A DNA stretch of 64,000 nt. Origin: Candidatus Omnitrophota bacterium. GTDB taxonomy: Bacteria > Omnitrophota > Gorgyraeia > Gygaellales > Profunditerraquicolaceae. The number at the start of each line of letters is the position of its first letter. Positions within the stretch are counted from its first letter, which is position 1. The stretch spans positions 4,703-68,702 of the forward strand of contig JAQURX010000002.1 of assembly GCA_028715415.1 (NCBI GenBank), in the 5' to 3' direction. Positions 8,529 through 17,079 of the stretch are shown here, in pieces. Under the pieces are notes generated by a model, which ran no database searches, had not been told where the DNA came from, and saw only the letters and a list, made by a program, of their open reading frames with translations. Made by a program: the position numbers and the translations under genes.

Positions 8529-9380
8529 ATGTTTGTAAAAGCTTTGATATTTTTGGTCGTCTTTGGGGTGATATTCTTTCTTGTCACTTCTGCGTACCCC
8601 GCGTTTGAGATTTTAATGAAACGTTGGCGCAGAAAAAGAATGGATAATATTACCCCAAAGCTGGACCATATGTTTCTGGATATTACATTGCAGAAGCTGA
8701 TGTTTCTGGATGTGTTAGTACCTGTAATATTCGGGATTATAGCAGTTACAGTTTCCAGAAACATTTGGATAGTTTTAGGGGCAATCGTGTTGGGTTTAAT
8801 CATCCCTATCTTCGTGATTAAAAAGTTAGAGTCAATACGCCGGAATAAATTTGCGGGACAAATAGTAGATGTATTGATGATTCTTTCCAGCTGCCTTAAA
8901 GCAGGTTTGAGCATGACGCAGGCTCTGGAAGTTGTGGTTGAAGAAATGCCTTCTCCTGCTAACCAAGAATTTGGCTTAGTAACCCGCCAGATGCAAATGG
9001 GTGTATCTTTGGAGGATGCAATGAACAGCTTGCGCCGGCGTATGAAGGTAAGTGATCTGGATATGGTAGTAACAGCGATGATGGTTGCGAGGGAGAGCGG
9101 AGGAGACCTTACAGAAACATTCTCCCGCCTTGTCTTTACGATTCAGGAACGCAATAAATTAATCAGCCGCGTTAAAGCTTTGTGCGTTCAGGGAAAGTTG
9201 CAGGGTGCGATTATGTCGTTATTACCGATCTTTTTTGCGCTTTTTGTTTATAAGGTTAACCCGCATTTTTTTGATATCTTTTTTGAGGATAACTTTGGAA
9301 GGATGCTTTTTGCATACGCGATAATTTCAGAAATAATGGGGATAATCTTTATCCGCAAATTAAGCAAAGTGGATATTTAG
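8529..9380 (+). CDS. tadB: TadB-like inner-membrane platform protein (T2SS-F domain)
   Basis: 283 aa, multi-TM, with a GspF-like cytoplasmic domain (LKAGLSMTQALEVVVEEMPSP...GVSLEDAMNSL). RBS AGAGGGGAG. Confidence 0.8.
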   Translation: MFVKALIFLVVFGVIFFLVTSAYPAFEILMKRWRRKRMDNITPKLDHMFLDITLQKLMFLDVLVPVIFGIIAVTVSRNIWIVLGAIVLGLIIPIFVIKKLESIRRNKFAGQIVDVLMILSSCLKAGLSMTQALEVVVEEMPSPANQEFGLVTRQMQMGVSLEDAMNSLRRRMKVSDLDMVVTAMMVARESGGDLTETFSRLVFTIQERNKLISRVKALCVQGKLQGAIMSLLPIFFALFVYKVNPHFFDIFFEDNFGRMLFAYAIISEIMGIIFIRKLSKVDI

Positions 9381-9393
9381 GAGAATATATATT

Positions 9394-10287
9394 ATGTTAA
9401 TAATAATAGGGTTGCTTTTAAGTTTAGCGATATATTTAGTGCTCTACCAGATTGGGGTTGCTGCTTCTGAAAAGGCGCATCTTCCGCAGGAAGTTTTTTC
9501 CAATGATGTAGAGCAATCACTTTTGCGTTCTAGTGCTAGCATTGAAACACAGAATACCGCCTGGCTTTCTATTACTAAGCGGTTTAGGGCTCTCGAGAAG
9601 CGTATAAAAGCTACTGGCTTAAGAAGAAAGATAATCAAAGCAGGTTCTCCTATGGGTGTTTTGGAATTCATTTTCTTAAAGATACTTTGTATGACAGCAG
9701 TTCCTTTGATTGCCTTTATTTTATTAGGAAATAAATTTCCGCAGCATTTGGTATTTATTATATCGTTGGGTGTTGGCTTTATTCTTCCGGAATTTTGGTT
9801 GCAAAGGCAGATTAAGATCCGCCAGAACAATATCAGAAAGGACCTGCCCAATATTATCGACCTTTTAAATTTGTGCGTTAGCGGCGGTATGGATTTTATG
9901 CTTGCAGTTAACCGTGTTGTAAAAGAATTACCCAAGTGCGACTTAACGCAGGAATTAAGTGAAGTATACCGCCAGACCCAGATGGGTAAAAGCAGGAAAG
10001 AGGCTTTAAAAGAAATGGCTTGGCGTATAGATATGGCAGAGGTTTATTCATTCGTCAGAACTCTTGTGCAGGCAGATAGGATGGGTTCTCCGATGGCAGA
10101 GGCATTAAAACTTCAGTCAGAAGAGGTCAGGACAAGAAGATTCCATAGAGGAGAGGCAATGGCTTTAAAGGCACCTATAAAACTGCTCTTTCCTCTTTTT
10201 GCATTTATTTTACCGGTTGTTTTGATTATTGTAGGCGGCCCGATTATTTTAAATTTTGTGCGTAACAATGTCAGTATGGGGTTTTAA
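9394..10287 (+). CDS. tadC: TadC-like inner-membrane platform protein (T2SS-F domain)
   Basis: 297 aa. CVSGGMDFMLAVNRVVKELP...YRQTQMGKSRKEALKEMAWR is typical of the GspF/TadC domain. TM segments flank it. Confidence 0.8.
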   Translation: MLIIIGLLLSLAIYLVLYQIGVAASEKAHLPQEVFSNDVEQSLLRSSASIETQNTAWLSITKRFRALEKRIKATGLRRKIIKAGSPMGVLEFIFLKILCMTAVPLIAFILLGNKFPQHLVFIISLGVGFILPEFWLQRQIKIRQNNIRKDLPNIIDLLNLCVSGGMDFMLAVNRVVKELPKCDLTQELSEVYRQTQMGKSRKEALKEMAWRIDMAEVYSFVRTLVQADRMGSPMAEALKLQSEEVRTRRFHRGEAMALKAPIKLLFPLFAFILPVVLIIVGGPIILNFVRNNVSMGF

Positions 10288-10289
10288 AA

Positions 10290-10484
10290 ATGAGAAGACT
10301 AAGACGAGGCCAGAGTACGATTGAGTATTTTTTGATTATGGTGGCTTTTATTTTGGCGCTTCTCGTCAGTAACTTTATTTACAGATTGCATAATCCGACG
10401 GGTTCAGGGATATTCGATAGGTACTTTGTGAATCCGTCCAGCAGGATAGCAGGAAGCATTGGTGCAATGCATTTATTCCATTAA
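10290..10484 (+). CDS. Flp-type pilin paralog
   Basis: MRRLRRGQSTIEYFLIMVAFILALLV. Confidence 0.65.
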   Translation: MRRLRRGQSTIEYFLIMVAFILALLVSNFIYRLHNPTGSGIFDRYFVNPSSRIAGSIGAMHLFH

Positions 10485-10503
10485 GAATTTGGAGGGAAAA
10501 GTT

Positions 10504-10668
10504 ATGTTTAAGAATTTTAGATGCAGAAAAGCGCAAAGCGTTTTGGAATACGCAATGCTCATTATCATTATTGTTACAGCCCTAACAGCTATGAGTTTGT
10601 ATATTCAGCGCGCAATAAATGCCCGTATGAAACAAGTTCAGGCTGAATTGGATGAAAATAAAAGGTAA
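10504..10668 (+). CDS. Flp-type pilin paralog
   Basis: MFKNFRCRKAQSVLEYAMLIIIIVTALTAM. RBS GGAGGGAAAAG before ATG 10504. The ORF track begins at 10459 in the same frame. Confidence 0.65.
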   Translation: MFKNFRCRKAQSVLEYAMLIIIIVTALTAMSLYIQRAINARMKQVQAELDENKR

Positions 10669-10675
10669 GGTAAAT

Positions 10676-11044
10676 ATGAGAAGAGCCCAGAGCACATTAG
10701 AATATTTGGTTTTTATCGCTATCATTGTTGCGGCAGTTACTTCCATGGCCGTATATATGAAAAGGGCTATTCTTGGAAAATACAGGACAAATGCCGAGCA
10801 GGTTAGCGGAAGGTCATTTTATTCTCCGGGAGCAACGGAATCATATTATAAAACAACAAAGGATGTAATAGAGAATAATCATTCGGACAAATTTATACAA
10901 GAAGAGGGCGTTGTCCCTCCGCCAGTAGATGTGCTTGGTTTATCTCTGGGGGGGGAACCGGTGGTTACGCCTAACGTAACTAATATAACAGTTAATTCGG
11001 CTGAAACAGTGTTGCCTTTTGCAAAAGAGCCAGTGAGGCCGTGA
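10676..11044 (+). CDS. Flp-type pilin paralog with extended C-terminal domain
   Basis: MRRAQSTLEYLVFIAIIVAAVTSMAVYM. Likely start ATG 10676 preceded by AAGGTAAGG. ORF track start at 10652. Confidence 0.6.
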   Translation: MRRAQSTLEYLVFIAIIVAAVTSMAVYMKRAILGKYRTNAEQVSGRSFYSPGATESYYKTTKDVIENNHSDKFIQEEGVVPPPVDVLGLSLGGEPVVTPNVTNITVNSAETVLPFAKEPVRP

Positions 11045-11045
11045 T

Positions 11046-11834
11046 ATGAACTACAAAATTAACACAAGAAAACAGAGAGGATTTGCGTTTGCAGAATACG
11101 CTATTCTTATCGGCTTGGTGGCTATGGTGTTTGTAACTATGGATATGTATATTAAACGCGGTATTCAAGCGCGCACAAAGGATATAACAGATTTTTATTT
11201 AAGCCCTAATGGCGCGCCTAAGCAAGCAGTAGACCAGCTTTTGCCCAATAAAACTTACACAAGAGACTCTAGTACGGATTATGATGCAACTTCAGATTTA
11301 TCTATGTCTACAGGTGGAGGTACCGGAGTAGATGTAAGTTCAACCATGACTTCAAAAACACATTCAAAAACTGTAGATCAGGATTTGTATAGCGGCATAC
11401 TACCCGGGAACCTTTTAACTTTTATTCCTTGGGAATCTGGAGATATTCAGGCTCCAAAAAGCGAAGATTATACCAACCCGGATCATACTACTGAAGAAAC
11501 AAAATATGATTGGGAAATTGATGATGATATTCCTCGGCTGCAGGCAGAGGTAGATAAATTGGTTACGAAAGCGCAGATGTTAGAAGAAAGGGCGGCAATG
11601 TTAGATAAAACAAGCGGTTCTGTGTCTTCAGATGCTAATATTTTAAGTGGCAATTTTTTTACCAGTTTCTTTTCTGCAATCACAAGTGGGACTAATTCAA
11701 TGAATCAGACCAGCTCTGATTTATCCAATAATGCCAGTGACCTAAGAAGGCAGGCGCAAGAATTTAGAGATAGGGCTTCTCAAATAGAAGCGAGAATCGC
11801 AAGCCTTACGCAATCAACACAGGTAGGTGCATAA
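11046..11834 (+). CDS. Pilin-like protein (N-terminal Flp-like hydrophobic segment) with a C-terminal coiled-coil region
   Basis: 262 aa. RGFAFAEYAILIGLVAMVFVTM, then Ser/Thr-rich, then a heptad-like C-terminus (LQAEVDKLVTKAQMLEERAAML...RRQAQEFRDRASQIEARIASL). Confidence 0.55.
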   Translation: MNYKINTRKQRGFAFAEYAILIGLVAMVFVTMDMYIKRGIQARTKDITDFYLSPNGAPKQAVDQLLPNKTYTRDSSTDYDATSDLSMSTGGGTGVDVSSTMTSKTHSKTVDQDLYSGILPGNLLTFIPWESGDIQAPKSEDYTNPDHTTEETKYDWEIDDDIPRLQAEVDKLVTKAQMLEERAAMLDKTSGSVSSDANILSGNFFTSFFSAITSGTNSMNQTSSDLSNNASDLRRQAQEFRDRASQIEARIASLTQSTQVGA

Positions 11835-12649
11835 TGATTATATGCGGAAATAATAGAGGACAGGCGGTGTTAGAAATGTCGATTTTCGCGGTTGTATTAT
11901 TTATGGTCTTAGGGGGCCTTATTAGTTATATCCAGCAACTTAACGACCAGCAATATGTGCAGATGGAAACTTTTCGCAGGGCGCTTCAAACAGCAGGTGG
12001 ATCTTTCCCCCAATCATATTTACCAGAAGCTTTAGGAGGCGGCAAAGGAGCGGGTGCTGCGGTTAACTATGTTCTTGTCCAGCACCGTAGATATACTGAT
12101 TTTTCGGATTTCTTCAGGAAAGGCCAGCTGGTTCCTGTCTCTGGCAATGCTTCAATATACTGGGCGATCCCGGCAATTGGCGTAACAAAACCGCAGGACC
12201 GTTTAATTTATAGAATTAATGATGATGAGCCGCTACTTCCTCAAATTGTAAATGATGTAATGGGCGAGTTAAAAGATAGCATCCCGTCAATAGACATTCC
12301 TATTTTAGGCGAAAGTAGTATTACAGTGGGAGTTGCAGATATAAAAACAGATGTTAGTACAGATTTTAAAGAACGGGATATTAAACAAGAAAGCATAAAC
12401 AGTATTATTACTACAAAAAAATCCACACTGAAAGATACGATAAGGACAAGCTTTGGTTATACGGTTATACCGACTGGCTTAGCATCGGATTTAATTGGTA
12501 TTGACCCGGCAAAATTCCCCCAAGCAAATCATTCTATTACGCAGAGATTATATCGGGATGCAAGCGGGCAATATAGATATTCAAGGTTTGTTCCTGAAGG
12601 CACAACTGTAGAGAGAGGCAGGACATGGGAAACTCCTATTGGAAAATAA
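11834..12649 (+). CDS. tadE: TadE-like pseudopilin
   Basis: MIICGNNRGQAVLEMSIFAVVLFMVLGGLISY matches the TadE N-terminal (RGQ..VE..) pattern. Confidence 0.6.
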   Translation: MIICGNNRGQAVLEMSIFAVVLFMVLGGLISYIQQLNDQQYVQMETFRRALQTAGGSFPQSYLPEALGGGKGAGAAVNYVLVQHRRYTDFSDFFRKGQLVPVSGNASIYWAIPAIGVTKPQDRLIYRINDDEPLLPQIVNDVMGELKDSIPSIDIPILGESSITVGVADIKTDVSTDFKERDIKQESINSIITTKKSTLKDTIRTSFGYTVIPTGLASDLIGIDPAKFPQANHSITQRLYRDASGQYRYSRFVPEGTTVERGRTWETPIGK

Positions 12650-12912
12650 AAAATATTATTAAGAATAACAAGGGGCAGAACACTCTGGAGATTACCCTTG
12701 TTTTAATAATTATGATTAGCCTTCTTTATGGAGTGATTAATGTCTGGCTTTGGGGTAACAAACAGATTGTAAAAAGGCAGATTTCGTATAATAATTCAAG
12801 GATACAGGCTGGAACAGCTAAAGATGTATATCTTGAGCCGGTGTGGTGGGATTATAGAGGTAAAGACGCTATAGAAAAATTAACGGAAAACCAAGTCTTA
12901 ATTGATAAATAA
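12625..12912 (+). CDS. Small TadE-like pseudopilin
   Basis: 95 aa NKGQNTLEITLVLIIMISLLYGVINVWLW. Overlaps the preceding gene by 25 nt. Confidence 0.5.
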   Translation: MGNSYWKIKNIIKNNKGQNTLEITLVLIIMISLLYGVINVWLWGNKQIVKRQISYNNSRIQAGTAKDVYLEPVWWDYRGKDAIEKLTENQVLIDK

Positions 12913-12923
12913 AAAGGAAAATA

Positions 12924-15071
12924 ATGTTTATTTATTTTCACCAGAATAGATTAAATTACGAAAAAGGGCAGATGATGCCCGTTTTTATTTTGGTGCTGGT
13001 AGTTATTATTACAATGGCATTGGTTACTGTAAATATTTCTAAGATTGGTCTAATCAAGACAGACTCTTCAAATGCTGCAGATGCCGGTGCTCTGGCCGGA
13101 GGCGCTGCAATGGCAAATACTTTTAATAGTATTGCCTATGCTAATTCAGAGATGAAGGCTGCATATGATGAATTCTTCGCGCAGATGTCCACGATGTTTG
13201 CTATGCAGCTGGTTGCTTTAGTGTTGACTAAAACTTCCGCGACCGCAGCTCAAATAAGCGCAACAGCAGGCTTAGCAGCCGGCCAGGCCGCTGATACGTC
13301 TGCAATGTTAGCATTAGATGAAATTAATAGTGATTTGCCTTGTATTGCAATTGGATTTGCGGAATCGGCTTCTCAAAGCACTACTGCAGCACTCGCAGCT
13401 ATGACAGCTGCTGAAGCTTCAATTGGAACAGCTACTGCCATGATGACTGCAATAAAGATAACAACAGTTGGAATGATGTTATCTACTTTCTTTTTTGCGG
13501 TTGCGCAGAATTTTATGTATTTATCTATCAGAAAAATGGCGCGAGAAGGCAGAAAGAATGCAATCAGGGTTGCCCACCAGTATCTATTTAACAATAGCGG
13601 GATAACTCAAAAGTTAAAAAGGAATATTCTAAAAGACCCGGATTTTGGAATCGGCAATTGGCAGCAATTTAGCAATTATCAACAGGCATTTGCGCTTTTT
13701 ATGAAGTTTATTGTTAAAGACAACTCTTTTTATACTTACCCGTGGATAGATGGGCAAAATAGGACGCATACGGTTACTTCGCAGGTTGACATACGTCCGG
13801 TGGATAAGTTTTCGTTAAAAGTTTCTAATCTGCCGCTTCCCGCAATAGAAGCAATTTTTGCTGTAATCTTAATAACCGTTTCTGCGGCTATCTCTCAGTT
13901 TTCTGCAACCCTTGCTTCTTATGGAAAGGCAATAGCTTCTTACACCGACACAAAAACTAATTATGAGAAGGCACTTGAAGCTTTAGAGAGAGCTTGTGAT
14001 ACTTATTGGCCTTGCCATCTACTTGGAATAAGTTGTGATGTTTATGAGGCATCAATGAATGATGCTATAACTGCATTAACAAAAGGTGAAGAAGCTAACA
14101 AGGCAGGCAATGGTTTTGTTGAGGCTGGCTTAGGCACAAATGCATCAGCAATTGGTACAATTGCCCCAATAAGCACTCTTTTAGTAGGAGGAAATGCTTC
14201 TGCTTTGGGTGGCTTAAGGCCGGGCCCTACATTTACCAGTTTTAGCGATGCCGATGGGCTTTTGTTTATTATTGACTGGATAGAAGATGTTGTGCATGAT
14301 CGTTTAGTGCGCGTTTCAACGACGCAAACTCATGCTGGAGGAGATTTGACTTTATGGCAGACTAAGTATCCAAATATTAGCAGCTATTCTATAGTTAGCT
14401 TTCAGGGAGACGGTCAAATTAAACCTCAGCCAAAAGCAAATTTTGATGCAGATATAAAATGGACTGATATCTATTTACCTGAGATAAATCCTCCGGAGGA
14501 CGCGGTTTGTAAAGAAGTAGAAGGCAAAGTAGGTTTATTGCAAGAGCAGTTGGATAATCTTCAGGCAAGCAGTGATTCAATGGAAGCAAATGCAAATGAT
14601 GTAGATGGGTATGCTCAAACTGTTACAGAAGATAGCAATGCTTTGGCATCAAGTTATACTAGCATAGGCTCAGGGCTTTCTTTGAGCGCTGCGGAAACCA
14701 GAGAAGGGACTAGTGCGATAGATAATAAGGTGCAGAACATAGTAAATTCTTTGCAATCCATCTTAACTTGGATTCAAATCCTGATGGATCCACAGTTGCT
14801 TCCGATATTACTGGAGTTGATAAAGTCGCTTCCTCAAATAAAGGATGGTATTCTTGCAGGCGCAAGTTTTCTTGACGGAGGAGCAAGCTTTCTTAATGGA
14901 GAAGCTGACAGGTTAAATTCTACTGTTGGCTCGGAAACGCAGGCTTACGGAGAATCCACGAACACTATAAGAGAGCATATAGGAGAAGGCGGAGTGCAAC
15001 AGAATGAAATTAATGCAATGCAGGCTGAAATAGAGCAGTATAAAAAAGATTATTCCCAGTGTTCGTTTTAA
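12924..15071 (+). CDS. tadG: TadG-like pilus assembly protein (Tad_N/TadE-G N-terminal domain plus large C-terminal region)
   Basis: 715 aa. MMPVFILVLVVIITMALVTVNISKIGLIKTDSSNAADAGALAGGAAMAN matches the conserved AADAAALAGA block of TadG. The true start may be the ATGATG at 12972. Ala/Ser/Thr-rich. Confidence 0.7.
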   Translation: MFIYFHQNRLNYEKGQMMPVFILVLVVIITMALVTVNISKIGLIKTDSSNAADAGALAGGAAMANTFNSIAYANSEMKAAYDEFFAQMSTMFAMQLVALVLTKTSATAAQISATAGLAAGQAADTSAMLALDEINSDLPCIAIGFAESASQSTTAALAAMTAAEASIGTATAMMTAIKITTVGMMLSTFFFAVAQNFMYLSIRKMAREGRKNAIRVAHQYLFNNSGITQKLKRNILKDPDFGIGNWQQFSNYQQAFALFMKFIVKDNSFYTYPWIDGQNRTHTVTSQVDIRPVDKFSLKVSNLPLPAIEAIFAVILITVSAAISQFSATLASYGKAIASYTDTKTNYEKALEALERACDTYWPCHLLGISCDVYEASMNDAITALTKGEEANKAGNGFVEAGLGTNASAIGTIAPISTLLVGGNASALGGLRPGPTFTSFSDADGLLFIIDWIEDVVHDRLVRVSTTQTHAGGDLTLWQTKYPNISSYSIVSFQGDGQIKPQPKANFDADIKWTDIYLPEINPPEDAVCKEVEGKVGLLQEQLDNLQASSDSMEANANDVDGYAQTVTEDSNALASSYTSIGSGLSLSAAETREGTSAIDNKVQNIVNSLQSILTWIQILMDPQLLPILLELIKSLPQIKDGILAGASFLDGGASFLNGEADRLNSTVGSETQAYGESTNTIREHIGEGGVQQNEINAMQAEIEQYKKDYSQCSF

Positions 15072-16009
15072 GGAGGAGGTGTAAAGTGTTGTTAAAAGCA
15101 AGATACAAGATAATTTCTTTTCTCGCGGCTTTATTTATTTTATCTAATTTGGGAACGTGTTTTTCTGCTTGGTGGGATAATTCATATATACCGGCTCCCC
15201 CTGAAACCGAACAGCTAAGGACGCAAACAAAAGTCTTTTCCGGGACAGAATTCAAATTTACATATTATACCAGCACGCAGGATGAAAAGAGTATAAAGGA
15301 TTTCTATAAACGGGAACTAATTAATTTAGGTTGGAAGGAAAAGCAGATTTTGGATGGTTTAATGGGAGACAAAAAAGAGGAGATAAAAGAGGGTTCAACT
15401 TTAGATTTATTTTTTGACAACAATCTTATTTATGAAAAAGACGGGAAGATGCTCACTGTAACATTCCTTCCTAAAGAAGTCAGGCAGCAAGGAAGGGTTG
15501 ATTATTCAATTAGCATAGGAAAGCCTGATTTCGAAAAGTTTAAAGTTTCTCCTCAGGCAAGCCCAATTCCAAAATTAATGGCTAAGCCCCAAAAGAATGT
15601 TGCCCCGGTTTATCCCGGAGCAGTGTTAGTTAGCCTTTCAGAAAAAGCCGAGTATTTAAAAGCAGTTTATTATACTCAAGATGATATTGAGAAGGTTATG
15701 GATTATTATAAAGGAAAAATGCCTTCATCCGGATGGTCATTGGTTGATGAAGTCCCAATTACAAAAACAGATTACAGTAAGGCAACTGAAAAATTATGGG
15801 ATTTGGAATCATGCCCAACTTGCCAGCAAGGAAAAATAGGATTTTCTCAGATTATGGGAGAGGTTTGGTTTGGAGAATTGAGTTATGCTAATCAAAAAAG
15901 CGATACCTGTAAAGTTGGTTTTATCAACAATGCAAAAGCAGAGGGAGGAAAGCAGGGATATTTACCAGGCTTTACCGCTATAAGAGTAGACTATGAGAAG
16001 AAGAAATAG
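15059..16009 (+). CDS. Secreted or lipoprotein-like protein of unknown function with two internal repeats
   Basis: 316 aa. Likely start GTG 15086 after AAGGAGGAGG. Signal peptide ends near LGTC. Repeated block YYT..D..I.DFYK..L...GW appears at residues ~70 and ~200. Confidence 0.5.
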   Translation: MFVLRRRCKVLLKARYKIISFLAALFILSNLGTCFSAWWDNSYIPAPPETEQLRTQTKVFSGTEFKFTYYTSTQDEKSIKDFYKRELINLGWKEKQILDGLMGDKKEEIKEGSTLDLFFDNNLIYEKDGKMLTVTFLPKEVRQQGRVDYSISIGKPDFEKFKVSPQASPIPKLMAKPQKNVAPVYPGAVLVSLSEKAEYLKAVYYTQDDIEKVMDYYKGKMPSSGWSLVDEVPITKTDYSKATEKLWDLESCPTCQQGKIGFSQIMGEVWFGELSYANQKSDTCKVGFINNAKAEGGKQGYLPGFTAIRVDYEKKK

Positions 16010-16481
16010 TTTTATAAACGCTCAATCATTTGTTGAGTATGCTGTGATTATTGCAGTAGTAGCTGCTGCAATTTTGGCAGGGAGGGCCTTTTTTGTTCGA
16101 GCCTTGCAGGCAAAATACCGCCAGAGCGCAGATACTTTTGGCCAAGGCGAACAGTATGATAAAAGAGCGACCAAAGACGTTTCTTTAGATACTCCGGGGT
16201 CAGATCTTGTCCCTACAATACTCCCTGAGCTTGTGCATGATTGTGATGTAATTAGAGAAAGAGTAACCGGCTTAGAAACATCAATTAGTAACCTTTATAG
16301 TCAGGCAGATAAATTGGAGCAGAGTGCTGCAAGTTTGGCAGTAAGCGCGGCATTGGTAGGCAGCGTAAGCGATATTTCAATTAAGCAGTATAAATCTGAA
16401 GCAACATCTTTAAGAGATGAAGCAGCAGATAAGCAACAGCAGGTAGATACCATTAGAGGCAAGTTTCCAGATTGTTTTTAG
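15993..16481 (+). CDS. Pilin-like protein with C-terminal coiled coil
   Basis: MRRRNSFINAQSFVEYAVIIAVVAAAILAG, then a heptad-like C-terminus. The start overlaps the stop of the previous gene. Confidence 0.6.
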   Translation: MRRRNSFINAQSFVEYAVIIAVVAAAILAGRAFFVRALQAKYRQSADTFGQGEQYDKRATKDVSLDTPGSDLVPTILPELVHDCDVIRERVTGLETSISNLYSQADKLEQSAASLAVSAALVGSVSDISIKQYKSEATSLRDEAADKQQQVDTIRGKFPDCF

Positions 16482-16492
16482 CATGTTTTAAT

Positions 16493-16555
16493 TGTCCAAT
16501 CTGCTAATAAGTAATGTCCAATCTGGATAAAATACAATAAAAATGTCCATTCTGA
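16493..16555 (+). promoter_or_regulatory. Second cluster of three TGTCCAATCTG-type direct repeats
   Basis: TGTCCAATCTG at 16493-16503, ATGTCCAATCTGGA at 16514-16527, ATGTCCATTCTGA at 16543-16555. Spacings are 22 and 29 nt. Same motif as 5173-5250. Confidence 0.5.
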
Positions 16556-16568
16556 AACAAGGTTTTCG

Positions 16569-16654
16569 CTGGTAGATAGAAAAATAGAGGTTGGTTAAGC
16601 TTGTTTCGTTGCCACGAATAAGCGCCTTTCAAGCCAGCCTCTTATTTCTACCAG
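16569..16654. repeat. Long imperfect inverted repeat (potential ~85-nt hairpin)
   Basis: 5' arm CTGGTAGATAGAAAAATAGAGGTTGG (16569-16594) and 3' arm CCAGCCTCTTATTTCTACCAG (16634-16654). The outer 8 bp and inner AGAGG/CCTCT pair perfectly. Confidence 0.4.
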
Positions 16655-16858
16655 TGTTTCAAACATCCCACCATTAGGTTCTCTAAAAGTGAAGTAATCA
16701 TGAAAAACAATAGTTTTTGGGAAGCTTTTGCTTCTTTTCTGGCCAGGTAATTGACAATTAAACTAACTAAAAGTAAATTTTTTAAGCAGAGTTAAAACAT
16801 GCTCAAACTAAAGAACTTTCAATATGAAAGCGCTATCATTTTGGTATGATTTTTTGCT

Positions 16859-16887
16859 TGACACTATTAATAACTATATGATATACT
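16859..16887 (+). promoter_or_regulatory. Near-consensus sigma70 promoter TTGACA-N17-TATACT with extended -10 (TGa)
   Basis: TTGACA at 16859-16864, 17-nt spacer, TATACT at 16882-16887, TG at 16879-16880. About 35 nt upstream of the riboswitch. Confidence 0.6.
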
Positions 16888-16924
16888 TTTGATGCTCTTG
16901 GAAATAAGATTGTTTATCTGAAAA

Positions 16925-17005
16925 AGGTAAACTCCGAGTAATCGGAGGACACAAAGCCACGGGTCCTCACGCGAGAAAGAATTGTAGGATAGCCGGGTTG
17001 CCGAA
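16925..17005 (+). promoter_or_regulatory. c-di-GMP-I (GEMM) riboswitch aptamer
   Basis: GGTAAACTCCGAGTAATCGGAGGACACAAAGCCACGGGTCCT...GTAGGATAGCCGGGTTGCCGAA aligns block-for-block with the Vc2 aptamer (GGCAAACC-hairpin-GGGACGCAAAGCC ... GGTAGGTAGCGGGGTTACCGA). Confidence 0.6.
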
Positions 17006-17038
17006 TAAAAAAATTATTTGACAATCCGGCTTTTTTTT
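16991..17038 (+). terminator. Intrinsic terminator acting as the riboswitch expression platform
   Basis: AGCCGG (16991-16996) pairs with CCGGCT (17025-17030) and is followed by TTTTTTTT (17031-17038). The 5' arm is shared with the aptamer P3 stem, so the two structures are mutually exclusive. Confidence 0.6.
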
Positions 17039-17079
17039 GAAGCATTAATAAATAGTTTGTTAAAGAATAAAAAAAGAAA

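Noticed and set aside
8501-9935. Minus-strand ORFs 8501-8914 and 9444-9935
   Set aside because: Antisense to the TadB and TadC genes, which have clear T2SS-F domain signatures on the + strand.
7535-11044. Repeated AAAGCGCAAAGCACA / CAGAGTACATTAGAGTAT-like sequences that could be mistaken for a CRISPR-like or tandem repeat array
   Set aside because: They are the conserved N-terminal coding segments (K-A-Q-S-T-L-E-Y) of paralogous pilin genes. Each has its own RBS, spacing is irregular and there are no uniform spacers.
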